A stretch of 62,491 bases of DNA, the filler included. It is 4 parts of 4 records of this genome, joined end to end, with 100 filler letters (N's around TTAATTAATTAA, not from the genome) between each part and the next. Parts side by side here need not be neighbours in the genome. Positions count along the whole stretch, not along the records: positions 1 to 21,491 come from SRR2962707_1798; positions 21,592 to 36,853 come from SRR2962707_1803; 2 more parts are not named here. One strand, 5' to 3'. The position numbers were made by a program, and so were the translations under genes. This document shows, in pieces, positions 16,551 through 27,600 of this stretch. A model generated the notes under the pieces. The model did no database searches, was not told the DNA's origin, and worked only from the letters and a program-made list of their open reading frames with translations. Each line of letters opens with the position of its first letter. The stretch's first letter is position 1.

Positions 16551-18281
16551 ATGATGGATTCCTCTGTACCTCTAACCTCGCCCTCACGCAGGGCAGGGGC
16601 CTTGTCGGAACTCCGGCAGCGTGTCACCGCGCGCTGGCTGTTTGCGTTGCTGCTGGTGCTCGGCTGTGCGGTTTTGAGCCTTCTGGTTCTGGCGCCGCTC
16701 TATACCCTGTTGTCCAAGAGTGTGGAGAACAAGGCCGGTGACTTTGTCGGGCTCGACAACTTTTCTCATTATCTGAGTTCCGGCGGCATCGAATCGGCCT
16801 TTTTCAACTCCCTATGGGTTGCGGGACTGAGCACCCTGGTGGTGGTCGGTCTGGCCTTTATGGCGGCCTGGGCGTTAACACGAACTCGCCTGCCGATGAC
16901 CGGCTGGATTCGCGGGGTTCTGGTGCTGCCGATACTGGCGCCCTCTCTGCTGCCGGCGATCAGCCTGGTGTATCTGTTCGGGAATCAGGGTGTCCTGAAA
17001 AGCTGGTTGTTCGGTGCCGAAATCTACGGCCCCATCGGTATTATCATGGGGTCCTGTTTCTGGACGTTTCCCCATGCACTGATGATTCTGCTGACGGCAA
17101 TGGACAATGCCGATGGGCGGCACTATGAGGCCGCGACCGCGTTGAAGGCGAGCCCCTGGCGCACCTTCTGGACCGTGACGGTGCCAGGTGCCCGTTATGG
17201 ACTGGTCAGCGCCGCGTTTGTGGTTTTCACTCTGGTGATCACTGACTTCGGGGTGCCCAAAGTGATTGGCGGGCAATTCGACGTGTTGGCCACCGACATC
17301 TACAAGCAGGTGATCGGGCAACAGAAATTTGAAATGGGGGCCGTCGTCAGCGTGCTGCTTTTGCTGCCCGCCATGCTGGCCTTTCTGGCCGACCGCTATG
17401 TGCAGCGCAAGCAATCAGCAAGCTTTACCGCGCGCTCGGTGCCTTACCGGCCGCGTCAGGATCACAGGAGGGATGTCATCGGTGCTGTTATGCTGGCGCC
17501 GACGGTTCTGTTCATCCTGGCCATTATCGGTATGGCTGTCTACGCCTCGTTCGTGACTTTCTGGCCGTACAATCTGGAACTGAGCCTGAACAACTATCAG
17601 TTCGGCCGTATGGACGGGGGCGGCTGGGGCGCCTACACCAATAGCCTGCAGATGGCCCTGGGCACCATGGTGATCGGGACACTGCTGGTTTTCTTCAATG
17701 CCTGGCTGATGGAGCGCACACCCCAGCCGAGGCTGCTGACCGGTGTTTTTCAGTTCCTGTCGCTGTTACCGCTGGCGGTACCTGGCCTGGTGCTTGGGTT
17801 GTCGTATATTTTCTTCTTTAACCATCCGGACAACCCGATCAACGGGATCTACGGCACGCTGTTTATTCTGATTCTGTGTACCGTGAGCCATTTCTACGCG
17901 GTGTCCCACCTGACGGCGGTAACGGCGTTAAAACAGCTTGATCAGGAGTTCGAAGCGGTGGGCGAGTCCCTGAAAGCGTCTCGCTGGCGGGTCCTGTTTA
18001 CCGTGACCTTGCCCTTGTGTCTGCCGGCGATTCTTGACGTTGCGCTCTACCTTTTCGTTAACGCCATGACCACGGTGTCTGCGGTGGTCTTCCTGTACGG
18101 TCATGATTCACAACTCGCCTCTGTCGCGGTACTGAACATGGATGAGGCGGGAGACATTGCGCCCGCCGCCGCCATGGCGATCCTGATAACCACCACTTGT
18201 GCTGCCGCGAAGCTCATTCAGGGTGGCCTGCGCTTCTGGGTGGATCGGTCCACCCGGGCCTGGCGCCAGGGCACCGAATGA
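16551..18281 (+). CDS. aepW: 2-AEP ABC transporter permease (duplicated domain); start approximate
   Basis: About 12 TM segments, EAA motifs, TDFGVPKVIGG. Confidence 0.9.
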   Translation: MMDSSVPLTSPSRRAGALSELRQRVTARWLFALLLVLGCAVLSLLVLAPLYTLLSKSVENKAGDFVGLDNFSHYLSSGGIESAFFNSLWVAGLSTLVVVGLAFMAAWALTRTRLPMTGWIRGVLVLPILAPSLLPAISLVYLFGNQGVLKSWLFGAEIYGPIGIIMGSCFWTFPHALMILLTAMDNADGRHYEAATALKASPWRTFWTVTVPGARYGLVSAAFVVFTLVITDFGVPKVIGGQFDVLATDIYKQVIGQQKFEMGAVVSVLLLLPAMLAFLADRYVQRKQSASFTARSVPYRPRQDHRRDVIGAVMLAPTVLFILAIIGMAVYASFVTFWPYNLELSLNNYQFGRMDGGGWGAYTNSLQMALGTMVIGTLLVFFNAWLMERTPQPRLLTGVFQFLSLLPLAVPGLVLGLSYIFFFNHPDNPINGIYGTLFILILCTVSHFYAVSHLTAVTALKQLDQEFEAVGESLKASRWRVLFTVTLPLCLPAILDVALYLFVNAMTTVSAVVFLYGHDSQLASVAVLNMDEAGDIAPAAAMAILITTTCAAAKLIQGGLRFWVDRSTRAWRQGTE

Positions 18282-18300
18282 ACGGCCCGGAAGTGATCCT

Positions 18301-19206
18301 ATGACACCAACCGCGATTGTTATTGTACTGGTGTCGGCGCTGGCCCATGCGGGCTGGAACCTGTTTGGCAAAAAAGTCAGTCCCACTGGTGCTTTCTTCT
18401 GGTATAGCACCTTCTGGGGCGCCTTTCTGACATTGCCAGTCTTACTGTATTACCACCGGATGTTGCCGGAACTGGACGCAGGGATCTGGTGGCTGGTGGT
18501 CGCGACCGGTTTCTTTCAGGCTACCTACCTGAGCAGTCTGGCGGCAGCATACCGACACGGGGAATTGTCGGTGGTTTACCCGCTGGCCCGTTCTTCGCCG
18601 CTGATCATCCTGTTAGTGGGAACCTTGTTCCTTGGCACCGCAGAGGCAATCACCACTGCTGCGGTTGTGGGGATCATTCTCATTGTGGCTGGCTGTATTG
18701 TTCTGCCAATGCAGAGATTCCGCGACTTCACGCTGGCGAACTACCGTAACCTGGCCACGTTGTTTGCGCTGTTGGCCGCAGCCAGCACGGCCGGTTACTC
18801 CATGGTTGATGATCTGGCCACCGAGCGGATGCGGGCGCTATTGGCGGGACTGGCGCAGGACGCCGAGGTGGCACTCGTGTTCGTGATTCTCCAGGCCTGG
18901 TCGGCGCTGTGCTGGCTCAGTCTTGGTCTGTGGTTACAATCCGAAGAGCGACGACTGTTGAGGGAGCTGGCCGCAAATTGGCGCAGCACCATGGCGGCTG
19001 GCATCCTGATTCTGGGCACCTACGCGTTGGTGGTTTGGGCTATGGCCTATGCGGACGACGTGAGTTACGTTGTCGCGTTCCGGCAAATCAGTATTCCCAT
19101 GGGCGTAGCCCTGGGCTGGTATTTCCTGGGCGAGGCCTTGCATGGGCCGAAGGTCGTGGGGGTTCTGACCATACTGGCCGGCTTGCTGCTTGTGGTTTTG
19201 GGATAA
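18301..19206 (+). CDS. EamA/DMT transporter (phosphonate-utilisation-associated membrane protein)
   Basis: HAGWN, GELSVVYPLARSSP and SYVVAFRQIS. Co-transcribed with aepW. Confidence 0.85.
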   Translation: MTPTAIVIVLVSALAHAGWNLFGKKVSPTGAFFWYSTFWGAFLTLPVLLYYHRMLPELDAGIWWLVVATGFFQATYLSSLAAAYRHGELSVVYPLARSSPLIILLVGTLFLGTAEAITTAAVVGIILIVAGCIVLPMQRFRDFTLANYRNLATLFALLAAASTAGYSMVDDLATERMRALLAGLAQDAEVALVFVILQAWSALCWLSLGLWLQSEERRLLRELAANWRSTMAAGILILGTYALVVWAMAYADDVSYVVAFRQISIPMGVALGWYFLGEALHGPKVVGVLTILAGLLLVVLG

Positions 19207-19281
19207 CCGGGGAAGGGGCGGCGGCCGGCACGATCGCTGGCGCCGCAAGGCATGCCCGGGCCATAGCCAGGTGTCGTAGCA

Positions 19282-19944
19282 TCATGGCAGGGCCGCAGAA
19301 TCTGTCAGGATCTGCCAGCCGTGTTTCTGGGCGTGTTGTCTCAGCCTGGGGTCCGGGTTGACCGCAACAGGGAAATCAACTCGTTCCAGTAGCGGCAGAT
19401 CGTTATGCGAGTCGGAATAGAACCAGGTCTTTTCCGGTGTTACCTGGTCCCTCCCCAGCCATTCGCGCAGGGCGGCCACCTTTCCTTCCTGGAAGGGGCG
19501 CCTTGGCCCGATCTGTCCTGTCAGGCTTCCGTCACGCCATTCCACTTCCACGCCGATGCCTTCCTCAATGCCCAGATGCTGAGCAATGGGTTTGACCAGA
19601 TGTTCGCCGGTGGCCGATATGATCAACACCCGGTGCCCCTGGGCCTTATGCCACGCAACACGCTCGCGGCCGGTCGGTAACACCCGTGACGCAATGACAC
19701 GATCAATAAACCGGCTGACGAGGGTGTTGAGTTGTTCCCGGTGCCAGCCCTGTAGCGGTGCCAGGCTGAATTCCATATACGCCTGAAGGTTCAGTCGGCC
19801 TTGCCGGTAGTCCGACATGAAATCCCGGTCTTTGTCGAGGGCATCGTCAGTGCGCTCGATCTCTTGTGCCCGAAGGAACTCGGTGAACAATTGAGAGCTG
19901 TCCCCCTGAATCAGGGTCTCGTCGAGATCAAATATGGCAAGCAT
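19282..19944 (-). CDS. HAD-IB family phosphatase
   Basis: FDLDETL, ISAT, GK and YSDSHNDLPLL motifs. RBS AGGAG. Confidence 0.9.
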   Translation of the reverse strand: MLAIFDLDETLIQGDSSQLFTEFLRAQEIERTDDALDKDRDFMSDYRQGRLNLQAYMEFSLAPLQGWHREQLNTLVSRFIDRVIASRVLPTGRERVAWHKAQGHRVLIISATGEHLVKPIAQHLGIEEGIGVEVEWRDGSLTGQIGPRRPFQEGKVAALREWLGRDQVTPEKTWFYSDSHNDLPLLERVDFPVAVNPDPRLRQHAQKHGWQILTDSAALP

Positions 19945-19955
19945 TGTTAACTCCT

Positions 19956-20003
19956 TTGGTATACACCAGATTGTGCTTCAGGCGTGTTACGGTTGTGTGA
20001 CGA
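19956..20003 (-). promoter_or_regulatory. Pho box plus PhnR-type operator for the HAD gene
   Basis: On the minus strand: TCGTCAC-N4-CCGTAAC, 10 bp, CACAAT, then operator CTGGTGTATACCAA abutting the RBS. Confidence 0.75.
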
Positions 20004-20099
20004 CGACGGGCTGAGCGGTGGGATTCCGGCGGCCGGCTTGATGCTGGCGGTTTTGCTGTCTACGCTGACCGCTATGGACAGCGAGCAGGGCAGACCGAT

Positions 20100-21365
20100 A
20101 TGAAGTTTCCCTCCAGCACAGCGTTCGCGCTCCTGGGCGCGGGGTTGATTGCGATCAGCTTCGGTCTTGCGCGCTTCGCCTTCGGTCTGTTTGTTCCGCC
20201 CATTCGTGCGGATCTGTCTTTGTCGCCCCATGTGATCGGTATCATCGGTGCACTCCCTCTGATCAGTTTTGCACTGGCGTCGGTGGTGGCGCCCTGGTGT
20301 GCCGACCGTCTCGGCGCCCGGAATACGGCGATGGCCTCCGGCGTTTTTGGGGTAGTCGGACTGGCTTTGATCAGTCAATCGGCCGGTGCCCTGTCACTGG
20401 GGCTGGGTGTATTTGCCTGTGGTATCTGCACGGGCCTGATGATGCCTGCACTGACAGCGGCCATGCAGGCACTGGTGCGGCGCTCGATGCATGGCCGGGT
20501 CAGCTCGGTGATGAATGCTGGTACCAGCGTGGGTGTGATGGTCGCGGTGCCCACGGTTCTTTTTCTGGCCGGGGCCTGGCGCTATACCTACGCGTCTTTT
20601 GCCATTCTTGCCCTGATCGGGGTGTTTGCCACCTGGTTTTTCCTGCCTTCGGTTTCACGGGTGATGCCATCTAACGCAGCGCCACCGCCGGCGATCACGG
20701 CTTTGCAGTGGTGGCGCCTGTTACGGCTCTCGATCTTTGGCTTCATGATGGGGTTTGTCTCGGCGGCCTACTGGATTTTCGCGCCCGACCTGGTGGTGAA
20801 CCTGGGTGAAATGAGTTCCGATTCCACCGCCTGGCTGTGGCTGGGCGTTGGGGTTGCTGGCCTGGGTGGTGCCGTGGTTGCCGATCTGGCAGACCGCAAT
20901 AACCCGCCGATCACCCAGGCATTGATGTTGATGATGCTTGCGGCGAGCCTGGCTCTGTTGGCTGCCAGTCCAGACAACCTGCCGCTGGCAGCGTTTTCAG
21001 CCCTGGTGTTCGGGCTGGCCTATATGAGTCTGACCGGGCTGTACCTGATGACAGGGATTCGTTTGTTGCCGGGGCGGCTGTCCATGGGGCCGGTGCTGCC
21101 ATTCATGGCGGTGTCTCTGGGACAGGCAGCGGGCTCGCCTGTGGTCGGTATGCTGGTGGGGCAGGTGGGGTATGCCGATGCCTTTGGGTTCTTCTGCGCC
21201 ATTGGCATTGTCGTGGCCATGTTTTCACCTCTATACCCGCGCTATCTGGAGCAGGAACCGGAGGAGGAGACGGAAGACGAAACCGGGCTCCAGGCTGCCT
21301 ACGATTATCAACTGCAGAATGAAGAGGGTGAGCCCTACCGGTACAAGCGTATGAGCAAGCATTAG
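20100..21365 (+). CDS. MFS transporter (YbfB/YjiJ-like)
   Basis: About 12 TM segments, FGLARFAFG, ADRLGAR motif A, acidic C-terminal tail. Confidence 0.85.
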   Translation: MKFPSSTAFALLGAGLIAISFGLARFAFGLFVPPIRADLSLSPHVIGIIGALPLISFALASVVAPWCADRLGARNTAMASGVFGVVGLALISQSAGALSLGLGVFACGICTGLMMPALTAAMQALVRRSMHGRVSSVMNAGTSVGVMVAVPTVLFLAGAWRYTYASFAILALIGVFATWFFLPSVSRVMPSNAAPPPAITALQWWRLLRLSIFGFMMGFVSAAYWIFAPDLVVNLGEMSSDSTAWLWLGVGVAGLGGAVVADLADRNNPPITQALMLMMLAASLALLAASPDNLPLAAFSALVFGLAYMSLTGLYLMTGIRLLPGRLSMGPVLPFMAVSLGQAAGSPVVGMLVGQVGYADAFGFFCAIGIVVAMFSPLYPRYLEQEPEEETEDETGLQAAYDYQLQNEEGEPYRYKRMSKH

Positions 21366-21380
21366 GTTTCACTGATAGCA

Positions 21381-21404
21381 GAAACCCGGCCGTGGCCGGG
21401 TTTC
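21381..21404. terminator. Bidirectional terminator hairpin between convergent genes
   Basis: GAAACCCGGCC-GT-GGCCGGGTTTC. Confidence 0.7.
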
Positions 21405-21425
21405 CTGGGGTTGGGCGGTATTCGA

Positions 21426-21491
21426 TTATTGCTTCAGTCCCATTTCCTCAATCGAGATTTCCCGCATCTTGAACTTCTGGATCTTCCCGGT
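21426..21491 (-). CDS. Acyl-CoA synthetase (AMP-binding), 3' end only
   Basis: TGKIQKFKMREISIEEMGLKQ*, containing the A10-motif GK. Confidence 0.75.
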   Translation of the reverse strand, partial: TGKIQKFKMREISIEEMGLKQ

Positions 21492-21591
21492 NNNNNNNNN
21501 NNNNNNNNNNNNNNNNNNNNNNNNNNNNNNNNNNNTTAATTAATTAANNNNNNNNNNNNNNNNNNNNNNNNNNNNNNNNNNNNNNNNNNNN
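21492..21591. other. Artificial contig linker
   Basis: N-run, TTAATTAATTAA (stops in all six frames), N-run. Confidence 0.98.
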
Positions 21592-21617
21592 GCGGCGGCG
21601 GCGGCGGCGGCGGCGGC
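21592..21617 (+). repeat. (GGC)n trinucleotide repeat encoding poly-Gly at the contig edge
   Basis: GCGGCGGCG... in frame with the downstream VPS13-like exon. Confidence 0.8.
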
Positions 21618-24600
21618 AGCACGAGCACCAGTGGTAGCAGTAGCGATGTTCAAAGCGATGGCTTTGGCGAGGCGCGGAGAGCCAGGAAAGAGCAGGCAAT
21701 CGCAGCTCTTGAACTGCTGCATGCAGCTCAGATCGGAGATGAGATGTACAGTGGTAGCAGCGGCATTGGGCACAAGAACGGCAAGAAGGGAGCGCAGCCG
21801 CCGTCAAAATTGGCTGCGCGAATCAAGGAGTTGATCCAGATCACTGTCCGCAACGTGCATGTGCGTGTGGAATACAATACGCGCGCTCCTACGCCTCCGG
21901 GAAGTGCATGTGCGTGCAATGGCGACATGCACAACGTGGGTGGCTGTTGCATGGGCGGTCAAAATTTCTTTGCCGTGGGAATTGTTCTGACTTCGTTTTT
22001 GGTTGGAGGTTCTCGTCGAATTGCGCGTAAACAAGTGTATGATGAGGTAGTAGACCTCACTCCTGGCAGTGCGAAACGGGTCGTGCACTTTGTTCAGCGA
22101 TCGGTCAACTTCTCTGGATTGAGCTTGTACATGGAGGACCATACTTCGAGGTGCGATGAATCTCATGTCAAATTGGGACCACTGTCGGCCGATGAGGCAA
22201 TCGTGTTACCGGGTACTATTGGGCGCCAACTGCTGCAGCCTGATCGAGGGTTTGGAACGTCGATTTTGATGCCACTGTCGGCGTCGTGCAAGTTGGTGCT
22301 TGGTGCACCTCACCAAGCAGACGGCGTTGGATACAGTGCAAAAATTGCTTGTTCCCCAATTCAGTTCAAGCTGTCTTGCACACAGGTCGCGTACGCAAGC
22401 CATGCAGTGCAAATTGCCCACCTGCAACGTCTGCACGAGGAAGCGACAACCGCTAAAATCGGCTTGCTGAAGTTGAGGCTTCCACCAACAAAGTCCAAAA
22501 CATCCAGTCCACAAGCGTGGTGGGATTTTGCAATCTCGTCTATCATTGACGCTCGTCGACGCTTTCGCGAGAGCGACGGCTGGCGTCGTGTGATGCGCAC
22601 GCTTCGACAAAGGAAAATGTACGTTGTTTCATATCGCCAACTACAAATGTTGCGCCGTCGGCACAATAAGCTCCGGCACAGCGCACAGAAATTGAAGCTC
22701 GCAGAGATTGAGGCTCGGGTCAAAATGCAAGAGGCACAGTTGACCGCCATGGAAATTTTCTGTTACCGGTTGGCTGCGAGTGAAAGCAGTAATAAGGTCT
22801 CGTCAGTGACAAGCTCACCGCAAGAGGTAACTTTGATTCAAAACCTTCTCAGTCTTCTCATTGGAGCTCCTCCTCCAAGAGGCTCGATCGGCGTCGTTGA
22901 ATCGAGCTCTGACCTTTACACCGCTCTTGCTGTCGAGCTGCGGGTTCCTTCGATTGCCATTGCGCTCATTCATCATCACCCTGCTGGTGGGGTCAATACG
23001 TTTCACTTCGTAATGAGCCAGCTTGCCGCTGAGGCTTCGGCCGCGGGGTCGTCTTGCATCTGGACTGGTGATGCAACAATTGATACCGTGCGGCTTACAT
23101 TGACCACTGATCCTGGCCACGAAACTACGTTGGTGCGGCTGCATCGCCAACGCAGTGGCGTTGATGGCGCTGCGGGGGCACCGGCTTTTCGGCTCAAGTT
23201 AACGTCGCTGACTGATAGAAGAACTGGGCAAGGACAGCTAAACGTGAGTGCACAAATCCCCGAAATTGGCATCTTCAACGGCTCGCAAGAGATGGATGCA
23301 CTTGGAGATATATTCAGCGACATTGCGTTGAAGCAAAAATCCCATGCTGCATTTCATCGTGTCACGGCACTCAAGACTCTGCAGCAGCTGCAGCAGTTCT
23401 TTACGGCCACCACGGCCCAGGTTTGTGCATCCAGCTGTTTGTGTTCGCTTTATTCGTGTTGTGTATGCACTGAGATCGTTCCTTCGTGATGCTGTGCCGG
23501 CCAGGTACATGCCAATGCGATGAATGTTCTGTTTGGCATCGCCATCGCAGACATTAAAGTCGTTTTTCCTGCAGGCCGTCGCCCGCCCAACACTGTGAAA
23601 GAGAGATGTGCGCAGAAGTCGATTCTTGTGGTTCGCGCGAATGGTTGTCGGGCTCGTGCGCAATTCAATGTTGACCGGGACCAAGAAAGACCACAGCCTA
23701 AAATTGGTCAGAAAACCCAGGCCCGCCCCCCAGTTCTGTTTTCAGCCCGGTACTTGACTGCGGAATTCCCGATCGTGAAGATTTCGTGCTGCGCGCACAG
23801 TGAAACACCTGTTACCGATGTCACATCAATGCAGCTGGTTGACCCTTTTTCGATCCACGTCAAGTATTCCAGAAAGAGTTACTTTGCGGAAGAAGCGCAA
23901 CGACTCTTGCAAGTGTTCTTCCACTACCCACAACTGCATGTTGGCAAACCATTTTATGAAGCCGGTTCACGGCATATTGTGCACGACTCATCGGAACTGA
24001 CGCCCAATGCAACGGCGCTGAATGTTGTTGTTTCAAAAGTTCACGCCAAAATTTGTCCCGCTTCAATGAGCATTTTGCGCGCCGTGCAACTCCAAGTCGA
24101 AGGGTCCAAGTCACACCGGCGAATGCAAGCAACTTTGAAACCCTACGTGGATTTGCTGTTTCGGCGCCGCTTGAACTCTACCGGTGAAGGAAAGTTCAGA
24201 GCAGGTGATCTGACACTGAATGTCGACATTGAGGCACTGTGTGTGAGTGCACATGGTACCGGCCAGCTGGTAAACAGAGAACGCGAAAAGCCATCCGTCC
24301 AGCACGTCGCTAGGCATTGCGACGTTTCAATCAAGTTTGACGGTTTCTCTGCAAAAGCATTGGCAACTTCAACCAGTACGGATGTTCAGTGTAGCATCAA
24401 GTGTGTCAGTACGCTATTGTTGGCATTTGGTAGTACTGCGCTGCAGCTGCTTTCAGTTAATGCCACAACTGAAAGCGGGCAGGCAATCCACTTTGCAAGC
24501 ATGAGCAGTGCACAGTCGGGCCCTGCATTTTGTGGCACCCTTTCGATCGGCAATGTGAATTCAAAAATTTCGTGCACAGCTGCCGCGCAAGTCTTTAAAC

Positions 24601-27600
24601 TCTGGTCCAGGTGCTTTATGCGTGCTAGCCATTTGAGTCTGACAACCTGTTAAGCTCATTGATATTTGTTGTTGATCATACAAGTTACATGCACTGACAG
24701 GTTCAATTACGAGATGCGAGCTCATCGTCTGAAACACGACGATCAACCGTCGAAATCGCCGGCCTTGCCAGAAAAGCCATGCGCAAGTTTTGCAGTGAGC
24801 TTAGCAGCGAAAGTGTCTAAGTTGTCAGCGATCTACTGTGCAAGCGACAAGTCCCCACTTTGCAAGTTATTGGTTGAGAGCATCAGCGGCCAGTGGGCTA
24901 TAACACCAGGGAAGCTCGTTGAACATAACATGACTCTTGGTGTTTGTGGTCTTGTTATCCGTGATGCACGCGAAAAAACAAGAATGGGGCACTACGCCAA
25001 CGTTTTGTTCTTCGAAACGGTGGAACAATCTCAGCCGATTCACTTCCCGATTTTGACAATGGATTTGACTGCACGCGAAACCCCAACAAGAGACATGCAC
25101 GTGCAACTGGAGTGCAATCAACTGATTAACATCGTTTATCTTCGGGAGTTTTGGGATGCTCTGTCCACTTCGTTGCGCTCAGCGATCACATTAGTCGACG
25201 CCGTGACGGCCCAGTTTGGGCTTGTTAGCGAGGCGGAGTTGGGTTTTGGCTCTCGGCAATTGCCGGCGTGCACGATGTCGATGAAGGTACGACATTGCAT
25301 CGCAACATAGCACTCACGGTCATCAATGCGAACGGCCAGGGATGGTGACGGGCAGTTGTTTTGCTTGGTTGTTTGCAGATTGCCAAACTGCTGGTACGTT
25401 TGCCGAGGAACGCATCTTCACTTCAGGGGCTTGCCGTTGACATCGACAACGTGAATGTGGTGCGAAGTTGGTGCCGCATGAACAACCACTTGCATGCGCG
25501 CAACCGCGGTAAAGGTACTCAGCAGTTACTGATATCATTGTGCTCTAATTGGCTAGGTTATTGAATCGACAACGGGCTCAGCATCGCCGAAGAAAGTGTT
25601 GTTGCATTCAACTCTGGGTTTATCGTTCAGTGGATTCGGCATATTTGGAACTGATAACCTGAATGGCTCAATCAACTGGGTATGTCATTTGTGTAAAGCG
25701 ATTTAATTGCCAATTGCGCTTCTGTTTCTGACAGTTGTGTGTGACTGCGTAGCCTGCAGAACAAAGCTGGGTGAAGCCAGCGGTGGTGGTCGGAACGTCG
25801 GAGGCATCGGCGGTTGGGTTTCGTTTTGACCTCGACAACTCCATGCGTGTCTCGAGCCACAATGCGCACTGTGCGGTCAGCCGCACCATAGAGGCGCATG
25901 CAGTATTTCTTACGGGCATGGAATTTGTATTGAAGAGGGTGAGCGTTCTTTTTTTTCACAAGTGCTTTCGTGAAGCTTGGCCACATGATATTAACTTTGC
26001 GTGTCGGGCACTGCGTTACAGAAACAATACGCACTTTTATTCAACGTTGTGGATGAAAATATTGCGGCACCGTTGAACGAGAAATTCGCAACAGGATCAA
26101 CTCAAGCTCCTGAAGCAAGCGACGTTGTATGTACAACACTGAATTTGAACTGCATTGTGCCCATGGTGTGGGGCCAGCTGCCGCTTGATGGCGGCACCTC
26201 TCAAAAGGCGTATGTTTCTGTCCAAGTGCACGACATCGCGATTGGAGGCTCGCTGACGCATTGGTTTTTTGACGATGAGACCCAAGAAAACAAAACGGCA
26301 ATGTCGTTGACACTTTCCAAAGCAGTGGTCGAACGCGTTTCCGGCTTGCAGAAAGCTGATCAACTTCTGTATCTGGAAGGAAATTTACGAACTCAAGTTT
26401 CGACGGCGGTCAGCATTGGTGTGACAGCTGACACCAATCGTGAAGGCGTCCGATGCCTTCGGGCCGATGTCGTGTTGGACACGGTTTTATGTCATGCATT
26501 TCTTGGTGCTTGGCTGGACGTGCTCAATCTGTTAACCCCTGCGCCCTTGTTGCATCGACCTCTTCCTCATTCTATGCGGGAGACATGTGATGCTTGGGGC
26601 GCGTCCATAACGGTGGCCCGGTTTCAAGCTGGTTTTCAAAGTTGTAAAACCAGCATCGCATTGACACCGATGTTGGTGGTTGACGTGCAGCGCATTGTGG
26701 GCAGATACGTCCGCCCAGCTGTGACCACAACGGTTGGACCGTCGTCGGAGTTGCAAACCTTTGTTCCTGACCAAAAGCACAGTGTGCATTTTCACGTTGA
26801 ATCACTGTCAGTCGCACTGCACACTGTTCCAATCGATCGTCTGACGCGAACAACAGAGCGTCGAGAGTCGCTGCTGGCAAAGGCAATAGCAGAAACTTCA
26901 CACAGTACCATTGTAGACGATTTTGCGGTCGAGGGTAAATGGGAACTGTAAGTGGAGTTTTGCGAGATGCAGATACGTTTCGCTGCCCAAGCGCGTCATA
27001 TAACCAAATACGTGTGCGTTCTGTGGTGTAGGTTTGCAGAATATTGTCCGGAACCGAATGTGGTGAATTGCCGGCAACAATCTCACATTAAACTGTCAGC
27101 TGTCAAAGTTGCGTTCAGTGTTGGCTTACTCGTTAATGAGTGCGTTCCTTTGATCCAAGACCTTTTGAATGAGTTCACGGTTCAGACAGTACCTTCCTGC
27201 TCTTCAAGTGACGACAGGCCCATTTCGGCTAGAACGCTCGCGAACGATGCACCATTGACGGCGAGACATCCACCGTCGTTTGCCTCGACATCTCCTGCTG
27301 TCAATGTTTACGTCAAAACGTGGATTTGTCAGTCGTGTGGCGCACCCAACTCTGTTGATGAAGTCGTTTCGTGCTCGCTATGTCGCCGTAAAAGAGGCTC
27401 CGCTTGGCCTGCCTTAAGTGTTTCCACGTATTTAGAAGCAGAATTGGCTGGCTTCAACGTGATTGTGTACGATGTTCCTGTCTCAGCATCGGCGTTCATC
27501 AAGTCTTGGGACGTAATGCACAACAGTGTCAAGGTAGGTTTAATAAATTGATGTTTATGCCTTAGTGGTGTGAATACTTGCTGCCCTGCTGCTACTAAAA

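Noticed and set aside
20100-21365. MFS transporter as a member of the PhnR regulon
   Set aside because: The shared intergenic boxes are oriented toward and adjacent to the HAD gene. Membership is unsupported, though not excluded.
21492-21591. TTAATTAATTAA recurring three times between N-runs as a biological repeat or att site
   Set aside because: It is a six-frame-stop linker used to concatenate contigs. Gene adjacency across the linkers is meaningless.
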